A stretch of DNA of 64,000 bases from Eledone cirrhosa. Taxonomy: Eukaryota. The DNA lies in contig OZ024741.1 of NCBI GenBank assembly GCA_964016885.1, forward strand, positions 339,140,001-339,204,000. The letters run 5' to 3'. Under the pieces are notes generated by a model, which had not been told where the DNA came from, did not search any database, and was given only the letters and a program-made list of their open reading frames with translations. The position numbers and the translations under genes are program-made. Within the stretch, counting starts at the first letter, position 1; each line of letters begins with the position of its first letter. This document shows, piece after piece, positions 29,920 through 44,332 of the stretch.

Positions 29920-30641
29920 CATTGAGCACCTTAGTGTAAAGTGATAGTGATGGTCCCACAATAAAATACACCCAGTCCACCCTGTAAAGTGGTCATGATG
30001 GTGCAATGATAAAACACACCAATCCCATACCCAGTTCACTCTATAAAGTGGTAGTACTGTTGTCATGATAAGATATGCCCAGTGCACCTTGTAAAGGGGT
30101 AGCGGTGGTGCCATGATAAAATATATCCAGTGCACCTTGTAAAGAGGGGTAGTGGTGGTGCCATGATAAGATATGCCCAATATACCCTGTAAAGTGGTAG
30201 TGATGGTGCCACAATTAAACACATCCAGTCCATCCTGTAAAGTGGCTATGATAGTGCCATGATAAAACACACCCAGTACACTCTGTAAAGTGATGGTGCT
30301 ATGTCATGATAAAACACACCTAGCCCACCCTGTAAAATGGTAGTGATAGGAACCATGAAAAAACATACCCAGTCCACCCTGTACTGTGGTTGTGCAGGAG
30401 TCATGATAAATAGCAGCCAGTCTAACCCGTAATGTGGTATTGATGGTGCTACAGTAAAACAGTACCAAATACATAGTGTAAAGTGGTTGGCATGAGGAAG
30501 AGCTTGCATCCATAGAAACTAAGTATAAAATGGAGTGTATGAACAAGACATAGTCACCTGACCAGTCTGGCCACAGTATATGACAGTTTAAGACATACAA
30601 GCATGGAAAATAGATATTAAACAGTGAAGATGATGATGATG
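29920..30641 (+). repeat. Diverged tandem array of about 40-bp units derived from the SINE/RTE-tail internal repeat
   Basis: CACCCAGTCCACCCTGTAAAGTGGTAGTGATGGTGCCATGATAAAA-like units ending in the family tail. Confidence 0.75.
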
Positions 30642-31409
30642 AAACACACAAATACATATATAAAATAAGCCTGCAGATTAAAGTTACACAGCTAAACAGA
30701 CACACAGATACAGTTACACACACACACAGCACAGTTATACCCATCTTTAGACTAAACTTACAGCACAGACACACAGACACAGTACAATTACGAACACAAA
30801 CAAACACTGACATACACAACACACAGAGATACACGTAGACACCCATGCACACTAACACACACATAAACACACATAGAGACACACGTGTACACAATAACAC
30901 ACACAGACACACGCACGTACACACGCACACACGCGCATTGAAACACACATACACTAACATTTCCACCCACACTGACACATACATACACAAGTACACATTA
31001 GCACACACACAGAGACACACGTACACAATAACACACTCACACAGACGCACGCACACACACACACACTGACACACTCATCGTCATACACATACGCTGACAT
31101 TTCCACCCACATTGACACAGACAAAGCCAAACGCCTCTACACAAACACAAAATCACACACACATATACACATATGCAGGGGAGATAAATCATCAGAAAGT
31201 TACTACACATACACACACATGCACAATCAGCTTGGGGCATACACACACATACAGACAATTACATAGCTAAACACTCACTCACACACACAACAATATACAG
31301 AGGGAGGGGAGATAAACCTTCTCACACCCACGCATACACAAGGCGGTCTATCTAAAGGTTTATCTCCCCTCTCTCAGTATGTTTGTGTGAGCACAAAACT
31401 GATTGTGTG

Positions 31410-31634
31410 TGTGTGTTGGGACTAGAGTTATATACGTGTGTTGGGAGTAGAGATATAACTGTGTATGTGTTGGAGCTAGAGATATGTGTGTGTGTGTGTG
31501 TGTTGGGACTACAGATATAACCGTGTATGTGTGTGTTGGCAGTAGAGATATACCTGTGTGTGTGTTGGGACTAGATATATGTGTGTGTGTTGCGACTAAA
31601 GATATACCTGTGTGTGTGTGTGTGTTGGGACTAG

Positions 31635-31699
<65 letters not shown>

Positions 31700-33735
31700 T
31701 GTGTGTGTTGCTAAAGATATACCTGTGTGTGTGTTACGACTACAGATATAACTCTTGTGTGTGTGTGTGTTGCAAGTAGAGATATACCTGTGTGTGTTTA
31801 TGTGCGTTGGGACTACAGATATATACCTGTCTGTGTGTGTGTGTATATATGTGTTAGGAGTGAGTGTGTGTGTATGTATATGTGTGTTGGGACTAGAAAT
31901 ATATAGGTGTGTGTATGTATATGTGTGTTGGGACTAGATATATATATATGTGAGTGTGTGTGTATGTATATGTGTGTGGGACTAGATATATATGTGTGTG
32001 AGTGTGTGTATGTATATGTGTGTTGGGACAAGATATATATATGTGTGAGTGTGTGTGTGTATGTATATGTTTGCTGGGGCTAGATATATATGTGTGTGTG
32101 TGTGTATGTATATGTGTGTTGGGACTAGATATATATATGTGTGAGTGTGTGTGTATGTATATGTGTGTTGGGACTAGATATATATATGTGTGAGTGTGTG
32201 TGTATGTATATGTGTGTTGGGACTAGATATATATGTGTGTGTGTGTGTGCATGTATATGTGTGTTGGGACTAGATATATATGTGTGTGAGTGTGTGTATG
32301 TATATGTGTGTTGGGACTAGATATATATATGTGTGAGTGTGTGTGTATGTATATGTGTGTTGGGACTAGATATATATATGTGTGAGTGTGTGTGTGTATG
32401 TATATGTGTGTTGGGACTAGATATATATATGTGTGAGTGTGTGTGTATGTATATGTGTGTTGGGACTAGATATATATATGTGTGTGTGTGTGTATGTATA
32501 TGTGTGTTGGGACTAGATATATATAAGTGTGAGTGTGTGTGTATATGTATATGTGTGTTGGGACTAGATATATATATGTGAGTGTGTGTGTGTGTATGTG
32601 TGTTGGGACTAGATATATATGTGTGTGAGTGTGTGTGTGTGTGTGTATGTCTGTTGGGACTAGATATATATGTGTGTGAGTGTGTGTGTGTGTGTGTGTG
32701 TATGTCTGTTGGGACTAGATATATATGTGTGTGTGTGTGTGTGTATGTCTATTGGGACTAGATATATATATGTGTGAGTGTGTGTATGTATATGTGTGTT
32801 GGGACTAGATATATATATGTGTGAGTGTGTGTGTGTATGTATATGTGTGTTGGGACTATATATATATATGTGTGTGAGTGTGTGTATGTATATGTGTATT
32901 GGGACTAGATATATATGTGTGTGAGTGTGTGTATGTATGTATATGTGTGTTGGGACTAGATATATATGTGTGTGAGTGTGTGTGTATATGTATATGTGTA
33001 TTGGGACTAGATATATATGTGTGTGAGTGTGTGTGTATATGTATATGTGTATTGGGACTAGATATATATGTGTGTGAGTGTGTGTATGTATATGTGTGTT
33101 GGGACTAGATATATATATGTGTGAGTGTGTGTGTATGTATATGTGTGTTGGGTCTAGATATATATATGTGTGAGTGTGTGTGTATGTATATGTGTGTTGG
33201 GACTAGATATATATATGTGTGAGTGTGTGTGTATGTATATGTGTGTTGGGACTAGATATATATATGTGTGAGTGTGTGTGTATGTATATGTGTGTTGGGT
33301 CTAGATATATATATGTGTGAGTGTGTGTGTATGTATATGTGTGTTGGGACTAGATATATATATGTGTGAGTGTGTGTGTGTGTATATGTGTGTTGGGGCT
33401 AAATATATATATATGTGTGAGTGTGTGTGTGTATGTATATGTTTGCTGGGGCTAGATATATATACGTGTGAGTGTGTGTGTATGTATATGTGTGTTGGGA
33501 CTAGATATATATATGTGTGAGTGTGTGTGTGTGTATATGTGTGTTGGGGCTAAATATATATATATGTGTGAGTGTTTGTGTGTGTTGGGACTAGATATAT
33601 ATATGTGTGAGTGTGTGTGTGTATGTATATGTGTGTTGGGACTAGATATATATATGTGTGAGTGTGTGTGTGTGTTGGGACTATATATATATATGTGAGA
33701 GTGTGTGTGTATATGTGTGTTGGGACTAGATATAT
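31410..33735. repeat. Compound minisatellite TTGGGACTAGA(TA)n(TG)n, units of about 45-52 bp
   Basis: More than 40 visible units. Confidence 0.95.
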
Positions 33736-33912
33736 ACCTTTGTGTGTGTGTTTGTGTTTGTGTAGTCACTGTTTTGTATGTATTGGTAGTCTATATGAAG
33801 AGTTATTTCCCCTGCCTCTGTATATATATACTTGTGCGTGTGTGTCTCCGTTTATTATTGCGTGGGTGAGCACCAAGCTAATTGCCTAGTGTGTGTGTGT
33901 GTGTGTTGTGTG

Positions 33913-34396
33913 CAGGGGCCTCGTTTGCCTTAAAAATGTGAGGGGGACAAACCAACATTTGTTGATTCTTAAAGGAGCATGTTAGTATTGCTTATGGTGC
34001 CTTTCCCAGACCCTATCACATAAGTAAAATTTTATGCTAATTAAATTTTATATATTCAAATAAAGTTCAGATATAAATAAATAAGATTAAAAGGAATTTA
34101 TTATATCAAATAAACAACATTTTTAATTTTTAGCAAATGGATGTAAATATCGAACGAACAAAATTTAATACCGATTACAACTTACGGGTCTATATATTCA
34201 TATAATATATGCACATAAATAAATATGTAAAAATATGTATTATACATATGTATGGCTTGTTAGTGGGATTTTCTTTGTTTTTTAATTGGGAAAAAAGTAG
34301 GGGGGACAAAAGATGGTTTGTTCCCCATTCCTGAAAAAGTGTGTGTGTGTGGGGGGGGGGATTGTCCCTTGGTACTCCCCTGAAACAAGGCCCTTG
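33913..34396. mobile_element. hAT-type MITE
   Basis: TIRs CAGGGGCCTCGTTT / AAACAAGGCCCTTG; 8-bp TSD GTTGTGTG at 33905-33912 and 34397-34404. Confidence 0.85.
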
Positions 34397-35026
34397 GTTG
34401 TGTGCACCAAGTTTATTGGCCGCAATTTATGTTTGTGTGTTGAGACTATGCGACTATAAATATTCCCCTGTGTGAGTGTATTTGCGTGTGTGTAGTAATT
34501 GCTTTGTGTCTGTGTGTTCGGCGGTCTATCTGAATGTTTATCTCCCGTTCCTCCGTATATGTGTGTATACCTTTGTAATTGTCTATGTGTGTACCTTTGT
34601 AATTGTCTATGTGTGTGTACCTTTGCGATTGTCTATGTGTGTGTGCACCAATGTGAGTGTCTCAATGTGAAGTAACTGTTTTGTATCTGTGTTGGAAATG
34701 TTATCTTTAGTGTATCTAAAGATTTTTCTTCCCGCCTTTTGTATGTGTGTGTGTGAATGTGCCTCTGTAATTGTTTATGTGTGTGTGAGGACCAAAGTAA
34801 TTGTGTCTGTGTATGTGTATGTGAAGTAATTGTTCTGTATGTGTGTGTTGGAAGTGTATCTAAAGATTTGTTTTCCCTCCCTCTATATATATGTGTGTGT
34901 GCGTACACAAAGCAAACTATCCAACGTTTTAACGACTCTGATTGAAGGTTCTCTTATTCGATCTTTTGCTTTCAAAGTACTCCTAGCAATGTGACTGGCT
35001 GGAAATAAACAAAAAATTGAGAAACT

Positions 35027-35348
35027 TGTCAAGACTTAACACAATTGTTTCTATTTTTGGCACAAGGCCAGCAATTACCCAGTACATTACTGGTACTTTA
35101 TTTTATCGACCCATAAGGATGAAAGGCAAAGTTAACCTCGGCGGGATTTGAACTCAGATCATAAAGGGACGTAACTCTATGCTTCAAAGCATGGTGTCCG
35201 ACTCTCTACCGATACTGCCAATCCACCACCCTTGTCAAGACTTAACATAATTGTTTCTACTTTTGGCACAAGGCCAGCAAATACCCAATACATTACTGGT
35301 ACTTTATTTTATCGACCCCGTAAGGATGAAAGGCAAAGTTAACCTTGA
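35027..35348 (-). mobile_element. SINE family A plus tandem partial copy
   Basis: CTTGTCAAGACTTAACA precedes both copies. Confidence 0.8.
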
Positions 35349-35803
35349 CGAAACTCATTAGATAATTAAATTGTGAAACATAAACTATACTCTAAACAAC
35401 ACTTTAAACATTTTAAACATTTAATTGCATTTAACCATATTGCAGTGTCTTTATGGTTTTATTCGCTCCAGTTACCAATTTAGTACTGTCTCAGACCCAC
35501 GAACACAAGGTATTTTTTAGAGGTAGCTTTTACTAGCCTCATTGTGGCTATATGTATCTGTAAAAATATATCCTCACATATTGGTAATTATTATTGTCGA
35601 TAAAATAAAGTACCAGTAAAGCACTGGGTAATTGCTGGCCTTGTGCCTAAAGTAGAAACAATTATTGTCCTACACCAGAGGTTCTCAAACTTTTGCCCCC
35701 CCCCCCTCACGACCACGTAGTATCTCAACGCCCCACCTCTATTTCCAGAAAGACCTGACTGCACGCGAATTGTAAATAATATATAATTAAAATCGTTAAT
35801 TTA

Positions 35804-38800
35804 TCTATACATATATATATATAAGTGAGATTGTCTGTGTGTCTGTGTGTGTCCTCATTTTTGCAAAGTCTATACAAATCCACATTTCTACTCCGATTGA
35901 CTTCAAACCTGCATTTATATATTCCTTGCGGTCTAAAGATATTAACTGCAGCTTTTATTTTTCAATTTTCTGTTGTTAAAGAGGTGTTAGGCGCCGGTTA
36001 TCGATTTCCGTCGCGCCCTTATAATATCTGTCGGTATGTCTGGCTGTCTCCGTTACGACATTATGACAAACATTGCTGACGTATTATCTTCGCAATTTTC
36101 CGTTCGTTGCCAGGGAACTTCTTCACGAACCAAAGTATCGCCCTCCTATTTTCCTTCGGTTACAACGTTTTTCGAAATATTTACTTCTGCGTTCACAGAT
36201 TGATTTGTCTATTTTAAGACGGTCCACCCGACTTATTCATTACCTTTACCTGCAACCCCAAATGGAAGGAGATCGAGGCTAAACTCTTCCAAGGTCAGAA
36301 GGCCAAAGACAGGCATGACCTTCTAGCCAGGGTCTTCCGACTGAAATTACAGAAACTCATGGACCTTATCAAGAAAGGGCAGGTATTTGGGCCTGTAAAA
36401 TGCGACATGTACACAGTTGAGTGGGAAAAAAGGGGTCTTCCACATGCCCATATTCTTATTTGGATGCCAACAAAGATTAACTCCATCAACATTGACAGGT
36501 TTATCTCTGCAGAACTCCCAAACCCCTCTGTTGACATGACCTCTTTGACCTAGTGCAGGAAAACATGGTTCATGGTCCATGCCGGCGTGGATTTAATCTA
36601 CACTCACCATACTTGAGAGATTCAGTTTGCAGCAAACATTTCCGAAGCAGTTTTTTTCCAGAGACCCAGACCGGCAAAGACGGATACCCCCTGTACAGAC
36701 GAAGAAAGCCGGAAGATGGCGGGTTTACAGTGCACATTGGGTCATACGAAGTAGACAACAGGTGGATAGTGCCGTACTGCCCTATTCGGTCCAAGGCGTC
36801 CAACGCTCACGTCAACATAGAGTTTTGCAACTCCGTGAAGTCCATCAAATATGTCTGCAAGTACATCAATAAGGGTTCAGACGCTACTATGTTTGGCCTG
36901 CAGCAAGACGGCAATCGGGACGAAGTTACACTGTACCAAGTGGGTAGGTACATAAGCAGTAACGAGGCCTTCTGGCGCATTTTCGGTTTCCCCTTGCATC
37001 AAAGGTACCCACCCATCCAACAACTTGCTGTTCACCTTGAAAACGGTCAACGCGTATACTTCACTGCTTCGACTGCTGCTCGATTGGTCGAGGAACCAAA
37101 GGATACTACCCTCACTGCCCAAATCTTGCTGTATCCACAGGTGCCGTCCTACTACATCTAGAGAAAAAAGAAATGGCAACGGAGGAAGAAGGGTCAAAAC
37201 ATTGATGGATACCCTGCCATTAAATTTGACAGTTGCCTCGGAAGAGATTACACAGTTCATCTAAGCCAACAAGAGGGTTTCTACCTCCGTCAGCTACTTC
37301 ATGAGGTTAGGGGACCAACGTCTTACCAACATTTGAAAACAGTCGGCTTTGCGCCACTTTCAGAGACGCCTGCTTAAGTCTTGGACTGTTAGAAGACTGC
37401 GTACAGTGGGATGCTACGCTCGCGGAGGCTGCCATTTCACAGTCGCCGAAAAGTCTCAGGGCTCTCTTTGCAGTGCTTCTGCACATTTGCGAAGTCTCAG
37501 ATCCCGTCTCTCTGTGGTTGAAGTATAGAGATGCCCTGGCGGAAGACTTTTACCACCAAGCACAATTGCGGTATCCTAGCCTTGATGCTGCCAGTGACGA
37601 CGTCTACAACTGTGCTGTGATTGACGTGGAAAACAGGACTGTTTCACTGGGTGGGAATACTTTGCCAACGTACGGGCTGCCGCAACCACTACAGACAGGG
37701 ATGGATAACCTTCCGACAGAGCTCATTCGCGAAACAGCCTATGATATTGACGCTCTTTCCCAATACGTCCGTGAAACAGAGCCAAAACTCCTTCCGGGAC
37801 AGCAGCGGGCCTACAACACTATTTTCGACCATGTGCGAAACCGGAAAGGGGGAATCTTCTTCCTAGATGCACCTGGAGGGACAGGAAAAACGTTTGTAAC
37901 TAAGCTTCTTCTAGCCAAAGTGAGGCAACACAAGGACATCGCGTTAGCCGTGGCATCCTCTGGTATTGCTGCAACTTTGTTACCCGGCGGTAGGACAGCG
38001 CACTCAGCCTTTAAGCTCCTCCTGAACTTGGCAACATCCGAAACACTTCGGACAAGGGACTGGTTCTCCGAAGGTGTCAGCTCATAGTGTGGGATGAATG
38101 TACCATGGCCCATAAACGTGCTCTGGAAGCACTAGACACTACTTTGCAAGACATCAGAGACTGCCAGACTGCGATAGGATGTGTCACCTTTCTCCTATCC
38201 GGCGACTTCCGACAGACCCTTCCCGTTATTCCCAAGGGAACCAGAGCAGATGAAGTCCGGGCGTGCCTCAAGTCCTCTCCGTTGTGGCAAAAGGTAACAA
38301 CGTTGACCCTGACAACTAACATGAGAGCCCAACTGCACGGCGACCAACTGGCAGCAGAGTTTGCTTCGGATATTTTGTCACCTGGCGATGGCAAGATCAC
38401 CCTCGATGGAAATGGCCAATTGTCACTCAGTCCGATTTGTACCACTGTCAACACAGTCGAGGACCTCAAGGCTCAAGTGTTTCCCAGTCTTCCTGATAAC
38501 TACCAAGACATGTATTGGTTATGCGAAAGAGCTATTTTAGCTAAAAAAACCCAGCACAGTGAACGCTATCATCGAGCATCTGTTGCAATCTCTTCCTGGA
38601 AGGCAGCATATTTACAAATCCGTCGATACAGTCCCCGACCAAGACCAAGCGGTAAACTACCATGTTGAATTCCTCAATTGGTTAGAACCTCCTGGACTGC
38701 CTCCTCATAGACTGGGACTAAACATTGGAACTCCAATAATGCTTCTTAGGAATTTGGTCCCTCCAAAACTTTGTAACGGCACACGTCTAGTTATAAAGAA

Positions 38801-40231
38801 GGTAATGCGGCACGTTGTTGAAGCCACCATTATTTCAGGGTGTAGAAAGGAGAGGATGTGTTCGTTCTCAGAATACCACTCATTCCATCAGGTGCAGAAA
38901 TTCCGTTTAGCTTCAGACGCCTTAAATTTCCGCTTCGCATAAGTTTTACCATGCCTATCAACAAGTACCAGGAGCAGACACTTTCGGTGGAAGGACTTCA
39001 CTTGGTAGAATCATGCTTCTCACACGGTCAGCTATACGCAGGCTGCTCCAGAGTGAGGAGCAAAGGAAGTCTTTTTGCGTACACTCCACGAGGGAAAACA
39101 AAGAACATTGTCTACCAAGGTTTTACGTCAAGATGCCATGTGTGCTCAAACGGACTAAATCAAGGTAAGGTTTTATACTACTGCCTCTATACAATTTCGA
39201 ATTTACACCTTCATATTACCATCCTTCCTTCAATCAGGTATAAGTCAGGAATTCGGAAACAACCACAGGCAGAAGGAATGACCAGAAAGAACTCGGATCA
39301 AACCTCCCACAGTTTTCCACTACATCAAACTGCCACTGCTATATCCTCCGCAGATTGACACGTTGTAAGCAATGTCAATGTTACTGCTGCTACGTAGGAC
39401 TCCCATTACCATCCGCAGTAGTCAGTTTATTGAGGGAGAAACAGAAGGGTCTCGAATTTGCCGTCCAAAAACCCTATTGACAATAACGAAAACCGCTAAC
39501 ATCAACGCAGAATGATACATTGTAGGTCGCTTTAACCCGTCTTTTATTAATCAAAAAACTTATTGCCAATAAACATTAACCCTTTGTGCGCCATTCATCT
39601 AACTGTAGACCAACAAATACCAACTAAACGGAGCGTTGACAAGAACAATAGTGAATGAATCTTCGAGATAAACAGTTTCCTCCCGAGCGTGATTCTCCGG
39701 TTCACGCGGGAATCTCTGCTACACCTTTTCGTAATAATACCGAACAACTACTGCTGGTCACTCCTTCCTCCAAAAGCCGTACAAAGCGGACATGTGCATC
39801 GGGCAGATGGATCGGGTGCAAATCTACACCAGGCCTACGCGAGAAATTCGCAAGGGACTGCACCGAGAGGGATAGAGAGAAAGAGTAACTTAGTGGAAAG
39901 AGTGCGAATGAACTTTTGAGGTAAGTAGCCTACGCCTTACTGCTATGACACTGGAACCTTCTGCCAACTTAACCTATGACTTTCTCTTTCACATTTACTC
40001 CAATAGGCCAAAACAGAAGAGTATGAAAAGAAGGGGCTCAACAATATTTCTATGAACAATGCACGTAGACAGCTAAACTGTACTTTCAACTTCTTAATTT
40101 TCTCCAAATAAAACAAGTTTCCTGTCGGTATATTTTCGTGAGTTTTTAACAGACACTCACAAATAAACGTTTCTCATTGGAGGTGCTATTACCAATGTTC
40201 TTACCCGTGCAACTCCGAGATACACTGCTAG
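35804..40231 (+). mobile_element. Helitron, internally deleted and decayed
   Basis: 5' TC and 3' CTAG with degenerate hairpin CCCGTGCAACTCCGAG; A|T target confirmed by the empty paralog at 41389-41635. Confidence 0.92.
36215..39125 (+). pseudogene. Helitron Rep/PIF1-type helicase pseudogene
   Basis: GPPDLFITFTCNP; EWEKRGLPHAHIL (HUH); KYVCKYINKG (Y2); DAPGGTGKT; WDEC; GDFRQTLPV; LCNGTRL; FSHGQLY; many frameshifts. Confidence 0.95.
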
Positions 40232-40364
40232 TATATAATAAATATTACAATATGTACTATGTATATATAAATATTATATATTTATTTATTTTACGATATT
40301 TATATATAATATGTATCATTTGATATTTAATCATCTCTACCGCCATCCACTGCCTCCATAGGTT

Positions 40365-40458
<94 letters not shown>

Positions 40459-40479
40459 CAATTTCTGTTGGTTCACCTT

Positions 40480-40860
40480 AACTACAACCACCTGGTCGCT
40501 TCCCACCTTAATAACCTTGCTCTTTTAGGTGTTGATTCGTAACACAATCTTCTCAGCATTCAGCTGCAGGGAGGTTGATAGCTCTTGCAGGTTCGTACTG
40601 ACCTCAGCATGGCGATATCGTCAGCAAAATCCAGGTCTTTCAGCCTTGATTTCGCTGTCCACAAGATCCCCCGACCAGCTCCGTCGGCAGTCATTTTCAA
40701 TATCAAATCTGCTGCCAGCAGAAACAAGGGAGAAAGGCTGCAGCCTTGTTTGACCTCGGAGATGATGTCGAAGAACTCCATTGTACCTGATTCGTTTCTC
40801 ACGCAATAGCTCGAGCTGGCGTACAGGCCTTTCAAGTTGAATTCTGTGGAATGCCATACA
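40480..40860 (-). mobile_element. RTE LINE RT fragment
   Basis: VKQGCSLSP..LKDLDFADDIAML. Confidence 0.85.
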
Positions 40861-41659
40861 AGAGCGCAATATTCCACAGCGTATGTGTGTCTATGGTTGT
40901 GTCCTATAACATAGTGATTTGACAAACAGAGATCGTTTAAATATGTACCAGATTTGAAAAAAAAAAATCATAAATTCTGGAGTCAATATGATATATATTA
41001 TCGATTAAATCCGTTGAAAGTGGTGCCCCAGCATGGCTCTAGTCTAATAACTGAAACTAATAAAAGAATAAAGAATATATTAGAATACAATATCGAATAT
41101 GTTCCACATTTTGAATTTTACAGTATCGTGTGATTTGGGGAATGTTTAACTACTGTTTCTAGCAACTGAGAGAGCAACTAAAGGATCCCTAGTTGATGTT
41201 TGTTATTCAGAATTTCGTTATTTCGGAGGTTTACTGTACTACAACATTCTTTCAGCATCATAGTCTGTTTAGTGATCTAATAGGGACTAGTGTTTCAGTT
41301 ACATATTTCTGTTAATATCGATATAACTTCAGAACAGAACTACAAAGCAGCTGCTGTGTGAATAAACACGTTTGCCAGTTCTGTTAGACCAGAAACTCTC
41401 ACACTTTTGCCCCCCCTCCCATCCACCGACCCACTTCATGAACACCTAATACTCTCAACCCGCCACCACCTATTTCCAGAGAGACCTGCCTACGCGCAAA
41501 TTGTAAATAATATATAATAAATAAAATCGTTAATTTATATATAATAAATAATATAATATATACTATGTATAAATAAATACATATTTTTTATTTTACTATA
41601 TTTATATATATAATGTATATCATTTGATATTTAATATACTATTATATCATATATAATGT

Positions 41660-42219
41660 AGGCGGGAAGCCGCTAGAATTGGTTGAGGACTTCCTGTATT
41701 TGGGAGCAAAGATTGGGAATACGGAAGATGATGTGGTTGAGATTGGTGTGGAAGTCGGACCTTCGTAAAGACCTGAAAATCCGCCTCTTCATTGCTGTAG
41801 TGGAGTCTGTGCTGCTGTACGGGTCTGAGACTTGGACACTGACCAAGAAATTCACTCAGATGGTGGATGGGTGCTACACGAGAATGCTGAGGATGGCTCT
41901 GAACATTAATCAGTATACACTGAGGATGAAAAACTCAGAGCTGTATGGGAGCCTCCCAAAAGTCAGTTCAAAAGTGACACGGAGGAAACTGAGGCTAGCT
42001 GGACATGCTCACCGACATTCAGAGTTGACATTGCACTCAATGCTCCTGTGGGAGCCCCTATATGGACACACTGGAAGAGGAAGACCAAGGTTAACGTATG
42101 TTGATGCCCTAAGGACAGACACTGGTCTATTGGAGACGCAGGACATGGCAGCGATAATGCGGGACAGAGACCGCTGGAGAGAACTCGTCCATGGATCTCG
42201 GGAATTTTACCCGCCCTAG
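41660..42219 (+). mobile_element. RTE LINE C-terminal fragment
   Basis: VESVLLYGSETWTL..RLAGHAHRH..GRGRPRLTY..DRDRW. Confidence 0.9.
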
Positions 42220-42223
42220 AAAA

Positions 42224-42306
42224 TACTGGGTCGTCAAGTATGAAGTTTGTAGAAATGTGTAGAAGAAAAACAAATTTCTACAAATTTCATACTTGACGAT
42301 CCAATA
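42224..42306. mobile_element. Hairpin mini-MITE of about 83 bp
   Basis: Arms TACTGGGTCGTCAAGTATGAAGTTTGTAGAAAT / ATTTCTACAAATTTCATACTTGACGATCCAATA. Confidence 0.7.
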
Positions 42307-42326
42307 TAATACTCTAATATTATAAA

Positions 42327-43610
42327 CTAGAAGTGGTACCCGGCGTTGCACGGGATAAGGTATTTTAGAACGCGGGCCGCCAACAGACCTAATCGTGGAA
42401 AAACTGCATGCCTCGACAATATGTAAAGAAAATAAACCGAATACTCTGATGGCTGGATAATCTTTAAGATTTTCCTCGATGAAGCAGGAAAAATGCAGGT
42501 TTTCACCTAATGCGGACCCTAGGGCATCAATTTTTTAATGTGCATAATATACCTTGAAATTTCGGGAAAATCGGCTAGACGTAACGCCTAAAAATAGCCC
42601 TAAAAAGCTGAAAAAATGAATTTGTTCACCTAATGCGGGCCCTAGGTCATAAAAAAGTTGGATTTTCTTTGCTCACGGTATGAAGAAGAGACTGACTAAT
42701 ACATAGTTACAATTCAAGGAAATCGGTCTGACGTAACGCCTCAAAATACCCCTAAAAAGCTGAAAAAACGCATTTTTTCAGCTAATGGGGATAAAAAAGT
42801 TGAATTTTTTATGTGCATAACACTCCCTGAGTAACTTTTGTTCTCGTAAAGGCACGTAAGTAAGCAACACTATGAAAACTGAAGCTATTATAGCGATGTT
42901 TTTCTTTACCGGCTTTAATTTTTAGTGTTGTGTGAAATATATAACTTGCAAACCTGATTTTTGAATCGCAGCAGGATCGACTTTATTTCACTCGCTCCAC
43001 TAAAAGTTGTATTTTCTTTGCTCATGGTATGAAGAAGAGACTGACTAATACATAGTTCATTTTTAGTGTTGTGTGAAATATATAACCACCTTAGCTAAGC
43101 TTAGTATTGCCACAACCACGGCTGGCAAAGAAGCAAGGGTCTGGTGGTACGTAAGTAAGCAACACTGTGGCTTAAAACGCGAGGAAGAAGTTGTGTGCAC
43201 TTACCAACTGTTTGGGGAATGAGTGTGAGCAAGGGTGGCAGAATAACCGGAGGCAGCCGACAACCAGACATACAGACATATATTATAAGGGCGCGTTCTG
43301 GACGCAGACGGAATTGTGGGAAGTGACGTAATGCAGACCGCCAGACATACAGACAGATATTATAAGGGCGCGACGTTATATGTATGTATCTATCTAAAAA
43401 GAGAAAGACTAAGAATTATAGAGAGAGATTGCTAAATCGCCTAATGCTGTCCCTAGGGCATTGAAAATTTGAAATTTTTTTTGCTCAGAACACTCCCTGA
43501 CACATAAGTATTACATGTGTAAAGTTTGAAAATAGTCGGTTGGGTACTTCTCGAGTTTTAGGGATTCAAACTCACACACACACAGACAGACATTCTCAGT
43601 TTTATATATA
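42327..43610 (-). mobile_element. Non-autonomous Helitron
   Basis: CTAG plus CCCGGCGTTGCACGGG hairpin at the left end; TATATAAAACTGAGAATGTCTGTCTG 5' motif at the right; internal repeats. Confidence 0.75.
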
Positions 43611-43997
43611 TCTCCTTATAATATATAACCAGCAATTTCTCTGTCTGTCTGTCCGACAATGGAAACACGTGCGCGCGTGCGAATGTTTTTTGCGCACGCG
43701 TAGAGAGAGAGTGAGAGTGAAAGAAAGAGACAGACTACAAGAGAGGGATAGCGGGAGGGAGAGAGGGGGGAATTGAGGAGTGCTACAGAAACATATATAC
43801 ATTTCTGTGTGTGTGTAATATATATATATATACACACACAGAAATATATATATATACACACAGAAATATATATACATTGCTGTGTGTGTAATATATATAT
43901 ATATATACACACAGAAATATATATACATTTCTGTGTGTGTAATATATATATATATATATACTAGCAGAAAACCACCCGAAGGGCGGTTTTCTGCTAG
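43611..43997 (+). mobile_element. Non-autonomous Helitron with palindromic 3' end
   Basis: TC start, (CTGT)n near the 5' end, hairpin plus CTAG. Confidence 0.6.
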
Positions 43998-44332
43998 TCT
44001 TTATATATATAAAAGCGAGGATGTGTGTGTGTCTGTGTACAACTTTGGATACCTAAGGCTTTTACAATTACGAACCGAATTTGACAAAATTTTCTGTGCA
44101 CGTTGCACATGTCGCTAAGATGGTCACATCACAAACATTTTTCCAATCGACCTACGTTGAGCAATAAAAAATCGCTATCAAAATTATCGGTAGCAAAATT
44201 GATGTAAAGGAGATAACCAACTTTATTGACAATCCTTATAAAGAGAGTGAGATATGGAGACCTCTTTTACTTCCTAGCTCTATATTCTTAGCATAATTTC
44301 AAACCCCGAGCAACGCCGGGTAAATCTGCTAG
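43998..44332 (+). mobile_element. Non-autonomous Helitron
   Basis: TCTTTATATATATAAAAG start; CCCGAGCAACGCCGGG hairpin; CTAG end. Confidence 0.85.

Noticed and set aside
31410-33735. CRISPR-like constant motif with variable spacers (also 5486-6015)
   Set aside because: Spacers are related microsatellites rather than unique sequences; eukaryotic context and no cas genes
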